From assembly GCA_028534125.1 (NCBI GenBank), contig CM052817.1, forward strand, positions 40,674,001 to 40,738,000: a DNA stretch of 64,000 nucleotides. Reading direction: 5' to 3'. Position 1 is the first letter of the stretch; each line of letters starts with the position of its first letter. The notes under the pieces are model-generated. The model was not told where the DNA came from. It saw only the letters and a list, made by a program, of their open reading frames with translations, and did not search any database. This stretch comes from Lama glama. Taxonomy: Eukaryota. Below are positions 34,256-46,267 of the stretch, piece by piece. The position numbers and the translations under genes are program-made.

Positions 34256-34906
34256 TGTTACTGAATCAAACTTGGGTCTGCTCACTTGTGTGCAATTAAG
34301 CCAATCTACTGACACTGGGTCATGGTGAAGGAAAGTACAGCATTTATTCGAAGGCATCCAACATGGGGCCACACAAGGAGAATGGGCAGCACATGCTCAA
34401 AAGCCTGGAACTCACTGAAGGCTTTCAGGGAAGGGTTTTAAAGGCAAGGTGACGGAGAAGGTCACAGGGTGTGTGATCAGCTTGTGAACATCCTTCTCAC
34501 TGGTTGATGGTGAGGTAACGGGGTGGTATTTTGGAAATGTTATCAGTTTTCTGACTCCAGCCTGGCTAGGGTCTACATGCTGGTGGTCAGCATGCAGTTA
34601 ACGTCTTCCACCTGGTGGAGGTTTTAGTATCTGCAAAACAACTCAAGGATGTGGCTCAGGGTATTATCTATAGCCCTTGAGGAGGAACTAAATGTCCTTG
34701 ACTTTGTTTTATGGCTAAACTATTATTATTTTGTCTTGCTTGACTGTTTTCCTTTGTTTCTGTATTTTCTCAGTTCTCTGATTAAGTTCACTCCTTGGAA
34801 ATCAGGGAAGGCCTAGGAGGCTAAAGGTTTTCTACAAACAAGAGGCAGGCAGGGTCATGTGGGGGCCTGTCCCCAGGAAGGCCCCACCTGGTCCAGTTAG
34901 CTTTCA
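34256..34906 (-). mobile_element. ERV1-class solo LTR, 651 bp
   Basis: TGTTAC...TTTCA ends, AATAAA on minus (catttatt near 34341), 4-bp flanks atac/gtac. Confidence 0.75.
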
Positions 34907-34920
34907 GTACCACCTTTGTT

Positions 34921-34923
<3 letters not shown>

Positions 34924-34959
<36 letters not shown>
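34924..34959. repeat. (GT)18 microsatellite
   Basis: Perfect repeat, directly visible. Confidence 0.97.
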
Positions 34960-34961
<2 letters not shown>

Positions 34962-36101
34962 TAAAACTTTTGCCAAATTTTATTTAAGATAGATCATACT
35001 ATTTCCTTGTATGCTGCATCATATTTTATTTAACCATTCCCATATTGTTGGACATTTAGTTTATTTCCATGTTTTCTTATTATAAATAATAGTACCATAA
35101 TGAACATTTTTGTGCATAAAGTTTTTTCCATCTTTAGGATGACTACACTAGAGTATGTTCTCAGAAATGGAGTATAATTAATAATTTGATTTCCAAAAGA
35201 ATTTTACATTCTCACCAGGAATATTTAAGAATTTATATTTAACTAGATCTTTGTTGGCACTGGGTACTCTCATTTTTAAATTAAAGAAAAGCTCATTCTA
35301 TTTCATAATTTTGCCTCTAGCCAGTCCTGAAAAGATGCTATTTTCTAAAGACACTGAGCAATCTTCCTAAATATTGAGGAAGGAGTGGGCTGGCAATAAT
35401 TGTTTGCATGGGGGTGGCATTTGAAAGAGGGAGAGAAGAGGGTCTTAAAAAATTAATTCCAAAGTGGCTTTTTTGACTTGGTGTCAGGAATGAGGATATT
35501 TCTGTTGGCTTCACTAACAGTACCCTCATTTTTTCCTCAGGTCCCCTGATTCCATATGCAGATTTTAGAATATAGTAGTTTTTTGACAGACTATTTAAAT
35601 CCCAGTGAGGTGGAACAGTATTCAGATTGTTTATAATGACTATCATCAGTGGCAAATTAGTTTAGCCTGTCTCAGTTTATTCTCTTTGACAGCTTCATGT
35701 TTATTTCGCACTACAGAGGCTGAAAAAGAAAACACATATTAAGGAGAAGTTGTTCTATTGTCATTTAATTTTATGAATAATAACATGATCAAGGGTGTGT
35801 TTAGGACTCTGTCCCAGCCACAAAAGCAAATTGGACCTGAAAGATCAAACCAATTAAACCTTTTTAGTAGGTTTGCTTTACTACTTTTTCTCACATACTA
35901 GTTTCTTTTTTTTTATTGAGTTCTATCAAATTTATATTTTTCTAGCAATGGAAACTTAGGAAATAGACAAGTCATGATAATTGCAAACATTCATGATGAT
36001 TTCGCCTTTGGAATGTACTGTATGGGATACCGCATCTTCTCGCCATGAGTTTGACAAATGATGTGCTTTTACTTTTTATTGCAATGTAAAAGTTAGGAAT
36101 A

Positions 36102-37004
36102 CAGTGGGTCTCCAAAACTCATTCATCTTGCATAATTGAAAAATTGTACCCTGTGACCAACATCTCCCATTCCCTCTCTCCCTCACCCCAGCACTTTCTA
36201 CTCTTCGCTTCTGTGAGTTTGAGTATTTTAGATTCCACACATAAATGAGACCCATGCAATATTTGTCTTTCTGTGTCTGCCTTGTTTCACTTAGTGAAAT
36301 ATCTTCCAAGTGCATTCTTGTTGTTGCAAATGGCAGGATTTTCTTCTTTCTAAGGGCCGGATAACATTTCACACTTATATGTATCATATTTTCTTTATCT
36401 GTTCATCCATTGACAGATATTCAGATTGTTTCCATATCTTGGTTATTGTGAATAATGCTTCAATTAACATGGAGTGCAGATATCTTGTTGAGATAGTGAT
36501 TTTATTTCTTTCAGATGTATATCCAGAAGTGGGATTGCATATGGCAATTTAATTTTTAATTTTTTGAGGCACCTGCATACTGTTTTCCATAGTGGCTGCA
36601 CCAATTTATATTCCCATCAACAGTGTACCAAGGTTCCCTTTTCTCCACACCCTCACTGACCCTTGTTATCTCTTGTCTTTTGGATAATAGCTTTCCTAAC
36701 ACATGAGAGTTGTCTCATTGGAACAGCATGGTAACTGCAGTTAACAATACTGTGTTGTATACCTGAAGTTTGCTGAGAGAGTAGATCCTGTGTGTTCTTG
36801 CTATTGAAAAAAAGGGAGAAAGGAAGAGAGAAAAACAATGACTAAGTGAGGTGATGGCTATGTGATAGCTTGATTATGGTGACCGTTTCACAATGTATGC
36901 AATGCTTTGATATCAAAACAGCAAGTTGTACATCTTAAATATATATAATTCCTATGTGTCAATTATAATTTGATAAAACTGAAAAAAATTAAAAATAAGT
37001 TAAA
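36102..37004 (+). mobile_element. L1MA-type element with 5' inversion (inverted about 36102-36720, sense about 36722-37004)
   Basis: ORF 36076-36387(-) is L1 ORF2p C-terminus-like. The two parts abut in the L1 consensus. Probable TSD aaaagttaggaata 36088-36101 / aaaggttaagaata 37005-37018. Confidence 0.8.
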
Positions 37005-37334
37005 AAAGGTTAAGAATAATTTTTATTGTATCTACATATTTTCCTCTCAATAATCTACTTAAGTCCTACACTTTCTATGAGCTATTCCAACAGACACAGT
37101 TCTAGGTCCATCTATTTCATCCCTTCTAGACTGTCTCTAATTAATGCAAGGTAATATTGGTATTTGTATAAGTAGAACACAATAGGAAAGAGAAATCTAT
37201 TCATAGAGAGCATGTATAATTTTCTTCCAAAAATCTGGTTCCACTAAGAGAATGTGGGTATATCTCCCTGGGGATGGACAGTCACCGACACCGGAAGACA
37301 ACCGCTCACTAGACCCATGGGCATGAGAGGAAGT

Positions 37335-37548
37335 CTAGTGAAGTGATTAGGGAAAGAGCTGCCTAATCAGACTGTCTAGGTCTGTAACTTGGCACCACGA
37401 CATACCAGCTGTATGATCCTAATCAAGTTTCTTAATCTTTCTGAGCCTCAGTTTCCTCATCTATAAAATGAAATTGTAAAGATTAAATGAGTTAGCATAT
37501 GTAAATTGTTTGACACATGTAGATACTCTGTAAATGTTGGCTGTTATG
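37335..37548 (+). mobile_element. MIR
   Basis: ttaatctttctgagcctcagtttcctcatctataaaatg. Confidence 0.8.
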
Positions 37549-38096
37549 GGCTTACATCTGGAACCCCGAGTAAAGTCCAAAGGCAGGGAACTTCCACATT
37601 GGGCCTCAGGGAGATCCCCTGGGCCTTATTCTGTTCTGAATGAATTACATGTTGATGTCAGAGGTTGAGCTTCCTGGGAGCAGCCTCTGAGATGGAGATT
37701 GGCATGTTAGTTAGGGACTCTTTTTGAGATCATCACCTGGGAAGGGAATGACGCAGAGGTTGGGAAGATGTAGTTTTTGTTTTCCTGATTAGACTTTTAC
37801 TCATACCTTCTCCCTGCATTAGTTAGCAAGAAAACTCCATGAGGGTAGGGGCTATATTTGTTTTTGCAAGGAATTTCAACAGTACTACAGCCGTTCTCAG
37901 TCCTGGACTCACCATCGCCACCCAAACTCTTCTATGAAATCTCAGATGCTAACAACACAATTCTGATGACAATTTCAATCTTTCTGATACACTCACTCTT
38001 TTACTTTCACTGCAGTTCAAAAGCAGTGTAGCCAATGCAGAATTTATGTTTGTCTTCTTACAGCAACCTTTAATTGGAAGTAATATAATACCTTGG

Positions 38097-38250
38097 ATTT
38101 CCTCTCCTTTCTTCTCTCCCTCCCTCCCTTCCATCTCCCTCCTCCTTGTCTTCTTCTTTCTTGTCTTCCTCTTCCTACTCCTCCTCATCCTCCTCCTGCT
38201 CCATCACCCCCTCCTCTGTCTTCTCCTTCCTTTCCCTACCCCCTTTCTTT
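38097..38250. repeat. CT-rich (polypyrimidine) low-complexity tract
   Basis: Directly visible; generates the L/S/P-rich and K/R/E-rich ORFs at 37949-38390. Confidence 0.9.
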
Positions 38251-38309
38251 TGCCATGGCTACCTGGAAGCCCAGAACCAAATCTTTCACTGGACCATGGT
38301 AGCTCTGTC

Positions 38310-39400
38310 AATCACCTATTTATTTTACTGAATACATGCTTACTTGCATGGTTACTAGAGTGCAGGTACCAGACTTGCAAAGATGAGTAAGCTGTGGCGC
38401 CTGCCCTTCAGGAATGCTAATAGAAGAAACAGACTTGTGAGTACACATGCTTGTAATAAAACCAAGTGTAGGGGTTGTGTTGGAATGCAGTGGAAAGTCT
38501 GACTAAGTCTCTGGAGGTATAGGTAAGCTATCACAAAGGGTTTGCATCTTGAAGGATGGAAAAACTTTCTTCAAGTGGATGAGGAGGGGAAGGCAATCCA
38601 AGCAGAGGGAACAGCAAGAGCACTGGTATCAAGGGCTGGGAGTATCAAGGGCTAGGAGTATCAAGGGCTAGGAGAGAGTTCTTGGGCCTTTAGAAGGTTG
38701 CAACAGCTCAGGCCTGGAGTGCTATGCGGGGAGGGGCAGATCTGAGATGGGAGGGTTGGGCCAACCAGGTCACAAGGGCCCTAAGAACTTTGCCAAGGAG
38801 TTCAGCCATCATACTGTGGCAATGGCAAAACCTTTGAAGGGTTAAAGTAGGTGGATACCATGATACAATTTGCATTTTATACATAGAGTGCAAATGAATC
38901 AGAGATCTAAGACCAGAGGCTCTCACAATCATTTAGGCAAGAAATGATGCTGGAAATAAGGTGTGATTGTGGGCTTGGAGATGAGGATATAGGTTAATGT
39001 ATTTAAGAAGGTGAAATTGATAAGTTTTGGGTGAGTGAAGGTTCTGGAGCAGGCTGCATTGGTTTGAATCTTGGTTCGAATCTTGGTTCTCCCTCTTAGT
39101 AATCGTGCTACCTCATGTTACTTCTTAATCTTGGTGCTTTAATTTCTTCATCATATCCTGTGGTAAAGGTTCAGTTACTTAATGCATTTAAAAAAAACCC
39201 AACTGAGTGCAGTATTGGCATAGAGGAAATTGTATTGGGTGAGGCAGAGATGAAATTAGGATGACACCATGTTTTGGCTTGGATGACAAGTTAAATGGTA
39301 GTCCTATTAATTTAGGAAAAAAGAACACAGAAGGAATTGTATGCTGGATGTGGGGTAGCTTGAGTTTAGTTTTGGCTTTCTGCATTTGAGAGGACATCGG
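38310..39400 (-). mobile_element. L2 fragment, with a MIR piece near 39030-39170
   Basis: gcctgcccttcagga...agcagagggaacagcaag...atttgcatttta...tgagtttagttttgg. Confidence 0.7.
38626..38673 (+). repeat. 16-bp tandem repeat x3 (gtatcaagggctRgga)
   Basis: Units at 38626, 38642 and 38658; one substitution. Confidence 0.95.
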
Positions 39401-39449
39401 TTATAAGCTGTGTAGTGACCTAAGCCAATTTGTTTTTGCATTAACTCTT

Positions 39450-39730
39450 TTTTTCTTGTATATATAATATATATATTTTATTAATGTATAGTTAGTTTAT
39501 AATGTTGTGTCAGTTTCTAGTGTACAGCATAATGCTTCAGCCATACATGACTATACATATATTTGTTTTCATATTCTTTTTCACTGTAACTTACTACAAG
39601 GTATTGAATATAGTTCCCTGTGCTATACAGCATAAACTTGTTTATAAATTTTATATATATTAGTTAGTATCTGCAAATCTTGAACTCCCAATTTGTCCCT
39701 TTCTACTCCCTTACCCTGCTGGTAACCATA
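39450..39730 (-). mobile_element. Young L1 3' end
   Basis: atagttagtttataatgttgtgtcagtttctagtgtacagcataatg.... TSD tgcattaactctt 39437-39449 / tgtgttaactctt 39731-39743. Confidence 0.85.
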
Positions 39731-41600
39731 TGTGTTAACTCTTAAGTTCTTGTAGGTTGACGATAGTAAGGACTCAAAAATCAGAGGTGGCCAAGCATCA
39801 GCTGTTCTTCGATAGGCTGGTGTCAGTCTACATTGATGGCAAGTCCTAGGTCAATTTCTGCCATACACACAGACTTTTGTGTTTAAGTTAAGAATCGATC
39901 ATCAAGCAGGCACAAAATAAGTCACATAAACTTGTTTGTAAGGTTAACAGAGTCTTAGGACTCTGTCCTGTTAGTTGTCACGATGACATCTTCATAAAAG
40001 ATTCGCCTGTAGCAGGTTCATGGGGCAAATGCAGTCCTCAGTCCCAGTGGGTTGCACAGAGGACTATTTCAGTATAAAATCTCAAGACTTGTCTGTAAAG
40101 ATTCAGACTATGAGCTCTGCTATCTTCTCATTCTTAGGAGGGAGGAGAGTGTCTCAAAAGCATTTTATTCAATAAATATCAATGAAATACCACTAATTTC
40201 TTCATGGAGAGCTCATTTCTAATATCCTCTGGGCTATTTTATTTACCAGTGAAAACTTTTTTTTAAAGATGCATATTATCCCAATTAGTAAGCCTCTGGT
40301 GCTGGTGAAGGATAAGGAGAAGCACACATGAAATTTGCTGCTGGACTTGGGCTTTTAGACTAGAGCGCTAGCTGACCATGCCAAGGATTCAGATTCCTGA
40401 CTAGGTTGACTGATAACACCTAAGGTGCAGCTTAAATTTACTAATGCAGATATATGTATAGCACTGTCTATGCTGAAGCACTTTAAATTCAAGTACAAAT
40501 ATATCATAATTCAAGTCCAACAGCAAATAGGGTTATATAAGCCTGGGGCTCAGGGGAGAAATCTGAATTGGAAACATATTTTTGGCTGTCTTACGGTTGA
40601 CATATTTATTTCTATTTAAAGAAAAAAAACACTGCTTTCCTTTCCTCATTCTTATTTTATGAATTGTTTCTAATGTACATTTATTTTCCCCCACGAGTCA
40701 TTTTGAATCCTTTTTAACATGGGAGGGTATAAATAAATATCAATAAATAAGACTTTTCCCCTTCCATATCACTTGTTTTAAATTTCTACTAAGAAGTAGT
40801 TCTTCTGCAACTAACTTATAAAACTATGTGTGAAATATTTATTGTCCCTGCTATTTTTGTCACTTCCTTTAAATTAATATTTTAGGTCACCTTCAGGTTT
40901 GGATACACACACATATTTTGTTGTTCTTGCAAACCTTGTTTGTTTTGCTGCTCCTATTGGAAATACCTCACAATAATGAAACTGATGCACTTTGCCATTC
41001 AGCTGAGGAAAACAAGGTTTTATTCCTCATATTTTCAGGCAAGGACATAAAACTAATTTTTTTTTTACTGCTTTCTTCATATAAATTATTCTCTCCCCAA
41101 TTGCCAGCCCTCAATTTAAATGTCACCACTAGTTCCATGGTGGTGATGCTTTTGTATTATATACTGAAAGGAGCAATAAATATTTTGATTTAGAGGTATT
41201 TTAGGGATGTTTTCTTTTATAGGCTTGGAAAAAATTACATTATTCTAAATAACAAACATACAGAAAAGTGAACAAATTCTAAGTATATAGCCCAAAGAAT
41301 TATCATGAAGCGAACGCACCCATATGTCCCCGACCCAGATCAAAAAACAAAACATCACCAGCACCTCCAGAACCCTTCTTCGACATCTCCTTTTCTACTG
41401 CAGACATTTGTGTATGAGATTTTGTGTGAACAAATTCTTTCCTTTCTTTCTAGGAAATGCCTTGGAGTAGAATGGCTGGGTTATATCTTAGGTATATGCT
41501 TAATAAAGTGACAAACTATTTTCCAAAATGGTTGTACCATTTTACATTCCCAGCAGCAGTAAATGAGAGTTTCAGTTGCTCGACATTTTCTCCAAAACTT

Positions 41601-42416
41601 CTTTTGGGTTCTTAAATCCAATTTCAACGTGGGATGAGGCATTTCTCCCACACCACCAAGCAATTCCCAGACTCCAGCTGGATATCTTACAATTTAACTT
41701 AATTCTGATACCATCTTCCTAGAGATAGCATAGATTCCACAGGTTAAGAGCTCAGTCTTACTAGACTGCACTGCCCCCACCCCTGCCCCAGTTCAAATGC
41801 CACTGGAAAGCCTATGTTGTCCTCTGTGCTTCTGACCTCCCAGCTATAGATTGGAGGTTCCAACAATTCCTTGGGTTCTATTAATTTGTAACCTTGGCTC
41901 CCAGAAGTCAGAGAAACATTTAACTTACTCAGGTAATCTATTACTGGTTTATTATGAAAAGCTATAGCTCAGGAACAGCCAGACAGAAGAGGTGCACAGG
42001 GTAAGGTATGTGGAAAGGGGCATGGAGCTTCCATGCCTCTCTAGGCATACCACTTTCACTGCATGTTCACATGTTCATCAACCCGGAGGCTCTTTGAATC
42101 CATCCTTCTTGGTTTTTATGATGGCGTCAGTACGTAGGCATGATTGATTAGATCATTGGCCATTGGCGATTGATTAACCCCCCCCCTCAGGTCAAGGGGG
42201 TGGGATAGAAAGTTTCAACCCTCTAATCACATAATTGGTTCTCCTGGCAACCAACCCCATCCTTAGGTTTGGTCTCAAAGTTACCTCATTAATGTAGCAA
42301 AATACACCTTTATCATTCTCATCACTTAGGAAATTCCAGGGGTTTTAGAAGCTCTTGCTAGAATCCCTGGAATGAAGACCAAATATATATTTCTTATTAT
42401 AGATCATAATATCACA
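41601..42416 (-). mobile_element. MER21-type solo LTR inserted in an old L1
   Basis: gaagaccaaatatatatttcttattatagatcataatatcaca end; the host L1 rejoins across duplicated actt (41597-41600 / 42417-42420). Confidence 0.75.
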
Positions 42417-42899
42417 ACTTGGTATGGGCAGTCTTCTTAAGTTTTTGACATTCTAGTATATGTGTTATGGTACCTCAATGTGATTTTAATCTCATTGTGA
42501 TATCTTGTTAGATGTCACCTCACATGGAGGGAGCTGCCAGCTAAGGAGCTAGCTTAGGGACAAGATATTGTGAAGTTTGGATGCTGTCCTCCAGGGTGTG
42601 GTATATACATGAAATCAACATCTGATATAGTACAATGACCCCAGAAGCTGAGTTGGTCTCTTTTGTCATCAGTCCCAGTGACTGATTTTTGGGATTTGTG
42701 CATCTTATCCTCACAGCCTTAGGCTCTGCCACAGTTGGGATATGATTCTAAGTTCTGATTCAGGGTTAAGAACACTTCTGCCAGAGACAGTATGGGTTCC
42801 ACTGAATTTTGCAGAACTACCATAGGAGGCCCTTTGCCAGTATAAGAAGAGCTATAATGGTGAGGAAGGCCTAGTGGACAGTTCTAAGACTGTCCCATT

Positions 42900-43990
42900 A
42901 CCCATGGACAAGTTAGTAAGTCAAAAGCAATCTCACATCTTGGGCATTAGGGAAGAAATTAATGCCATGCTTTAAGACCTAAAAGATGAAGAGGTGGTAG
43001 CATCCACCATATTTCTATTTGATTCACCAGTTTGGCCCCTACCGAAACCAGATGGAATTCGTGGATGGCAATAGGCAAACTACCACAAATTAACCAGGGA
43101 ATATCTCCAGGTGAAGCTGCTGTTCCAGATAATGGAACCTTTTCTAGAGCAGATGAAAAAAGCTTCAGATACATAATGGCCACTGATCTGGCAAATATTC
43201 TTTCTAATTCTTCTCAGGGAGAATCAGAAGTAGTTTGCATATGCATGGGTTAGACAACAGGGTGGTCTTGACCCAAGGATACATTAATTCCCCTGTGTTT
43301 AGCCCTGACACTTGTTGGATTACTGAGGAGTCTACCCAACTCATGACTTGGTGGATCTGACAGAACCCAGGTCAGGATGGGTGACTCAGGCTGCATGCTC
43401 ACATGACACAGATGGAGCTTCTGACTGAGGAGCATTATGTAACTATGAGAGATGAACTGAGTGGGAGGTACCAGTGCAACAGTGGTGAGTGATATGGATG
43501 TTTGGGTCACCGGCTTATGTAGTTTACTTGTGCCCTGTTCATGGCCCTGTTCATGCCTGGCCAGATGTACCACTTCTGTCTTATAATGGATTACTGTGGT
43601 CCTGATCAAACCAGTTGATACCTCATGAAGGGTTCATTATGACCAGCTGATGAAGAAGGAAAGAGGCTAAATTTGGTTCATGGGTGGGTCAGGTGACCAT
43701 GTGGGTATAAGCCCAAAATGGACTGCGGTGACACCATAGCCCCATTTGGAGTAGCCCAGAAAGGTAGTTGTGAGAGGAAATCATGCTGATCGGCAGAGCT
43801 TTGGTCAGTGCCTCTGATCGTTCAATTTGGGGAAAAAAAAAGTGACCTGAGGCAAGCCTACAGACTCATGGACAATGATGGGTAGCTTGGATGGTTGCTC
43901 AGGGGTCTAGAAGAAGACATACTGAAAGATAAGACACAAGAATTTCTGGAGAAGAGGCATATAAATGGATCTATGGAATTGGGCATACAT
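42900..43990 (+). pseudogene. Decayed ERVL-class (class III ERV) pol: RT N-terminal half plus RNase H, many stops and frameshifts
   Basis: Frame-hopping translation gives DLKDEEVV, FDSPVWPL.KPDG, AAVPD, ATDLAN, VLTQGYINSP (RT) and YDQL..., KWTA, AEL (RNase H), similar to ERVL Pol. Confidence 0.8.
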
Positions 43991-45769
43991 TTTCATGACT
44001 GAACTATGTATCACCTTTTTAATGTCCCCAGTTCCCTTTCAAATTCATCCCAAACATAGGATGTTGAAAGACAGGGTTTATGAACTGAGTGAGCTGGGAT
44101 CTAGAAACTATGCTTTGTAAGTTTAAATCTTAAGTGCCTTGGATTTTTTTTATCTCATTTGGAAAGTAACTCCAGCTTCTCTGATATGGCGACAAATGAA
44201 ATAGATTTTGGTTTTATACACATTTGAATCAGAATATTAAAGAGGAAAGAGCATTCCTCTGAAAGTGGGAGTGTTGAACACAAGGTGGAATTAGAGTCAG
44301 AGGCTCTTTCAGCAAGAGACAGATGAAACTGAAGGGGGAATAAACAATCAGCCTTCCTACCTATCTACAACTCCTCACTCAGAAAATTTCCTTCAAGAGC
44401 TGGTTTTTGCTCATTGATTAGAAAGGTTTGTTGGTTCATGTAATTTCTCTCATCTGATAGACAGAGCTCGCTGTGATCATAAGATCATTACTTACTATCA
44501 TCTGTATCATATTACTCTATCATCATCACTTGTTTGTTGTATTATCCTCCTTACTCATTGTGCCACATGTACCACCAAACCAAGGGAAATTGAGCTGATT
44601 AATATTCTTCTTGCTTCGATGAATAGAAAGAACACTTGGGTTTTTTTTTTTTTTGACTGGGGAAACGGTAAAATTTATGTAGAAAGCATCAATTCTCCGG
44701 AGATACATGAACAAGCAAGAAGTTAATTTTTTTCTTTTCATATAACTAGAGTGACAAATAACTGGGTAAATGGCTGGGAAATGAAATGAAATTTTCAAAG
44801 TGGACGCCAATGGAAGAATTTTAATGTCACAGCTTATCACAATATGGATATATCAACTATAGTATTTGGACAAATATGGTTAGAAAGAAAATAAGATGAT
44901 TTCTTATTTTATGGGGCAGAAAATGCACTGAGTTTTTTTTTTTTCATTTGGTAATATCTGTGGTCTCTTTTCTAGGAAGTGTTTCTGTATTTAGTGATGT
45001 GTGTGTATGCATGCAGACTTACACATTACTTCTGATTACCCTGGTTACTTATGACTTCTCATATGTGGGTTATTATCATTTTGTAGTTTATATATGCACA
45101 TTATATTGAATATTTCTTTAGTGTCTATGAGAGAATAAATCATTGGTATGAGAAAACACTGGCATTACAAGGTATTCATCTGGAATTATTCAACCTTTCA
45201 CAAGCAAATGAGAAAGATTATAGGATTAGACCAAATCCTGGATTCCTTTTCCTCTGTGCCCATCTGTATTCATTAGAGTTGAAAGACAGACAAATGAAAC
45301 TATTGGTAGCTCAGTCTTTAAAGCTTTATTACAATTTAAAAGCATTAAAAAAGAGAGAAAATGGAAAAATCTTATCAAAGGTTGGAAATGACCATCATAC
45401 TGAATAGCTGAATTTTCCAGCTTAATGACAGTGAAAAATGAAGATAGGTGTTGTAAAGATATGACTTCACTATTGGTATCACACAGTATTCTCAATTTCA
45501 AAGAATTGAGCATAAAGCTTTTAAAAGCCTCTGTCAGAATATAGAACTGACAACTGGGCACATCACTGGAGGAAATGAGATGGGTCAGTGATTTTCAATT
45601 CTGTATAAACTACATAGGACAAACCTTGGCTAAAACTCACACCAGAATCCAAAACTCCTCTGGACTGTTGCTCTGGCTATTGTTACGCTTCTTGGACCCC
45701 AGGAATGTGGGTGGAGAAAAGGAAAAGCTGGAGAGGACGAAGCTGCCACATGAAATGCAGAAGATATAT

Positions 45770-46267
45770 TGCTAGTTTTTTCTTAGTATATGTTCTTCCC
45801 TTTCCCAAAAGACCTGCCTTTAATTCAGGAATCCAGCATTTGCCAGCACAGCTTAGGGACCCCAGAGGAAGCTGAGCCCATCCCCAGTTCCAAGGGGTTT
45901 CTGATTGGCTTAAGAAGAGTTTTCCAATGCCACAGTGATTAATTCTGGAATAGACATTTGTCACAATAACTGATGCTTGCTGGGGACGTTGGGTAGAGTA
46001 TTTTCTTTGGCTTTGAGAGCCACCAGGCACCAGGATGCCTTCTTTTCCTGTAGGCATGTTTATAATGTTAGTCCTGAAACTACTGCAGCCAACTTGAAGC
46101 AGATGCATGGAAAGAAGAGAAAGAGAATTGAAGAGAAATGGGCCAGAACCCTGATCAAATCATATCTGATCACTGCTTTTAGAACTGTGAGTTAATGAAT
46201 TTCCTTAATTGCTCATGCAAATTTAGGTGGGCTGTTTCTTGCAGCCAAGATTATCCCTACTGATACA
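45770..46267 (+). mobile_element. Old MLT1-type LTR
   Basis: ctgattggcttaag...ctgaaactactgcagccaacttg...tttcttgcagccaagattatccctactgataca. Confidence 0.6.

Noticed and set aside
37949..38390. Cluster of overlapping ORFs including a hydrophobic 114-aa one
   Set aside because: Produced by the CT-rich low-complexity tract
45683..46108. 141-aa minus-strand ORF
   Set aside because: Mostly overlaps an old MLT1-type LTR; no recognisable protein features
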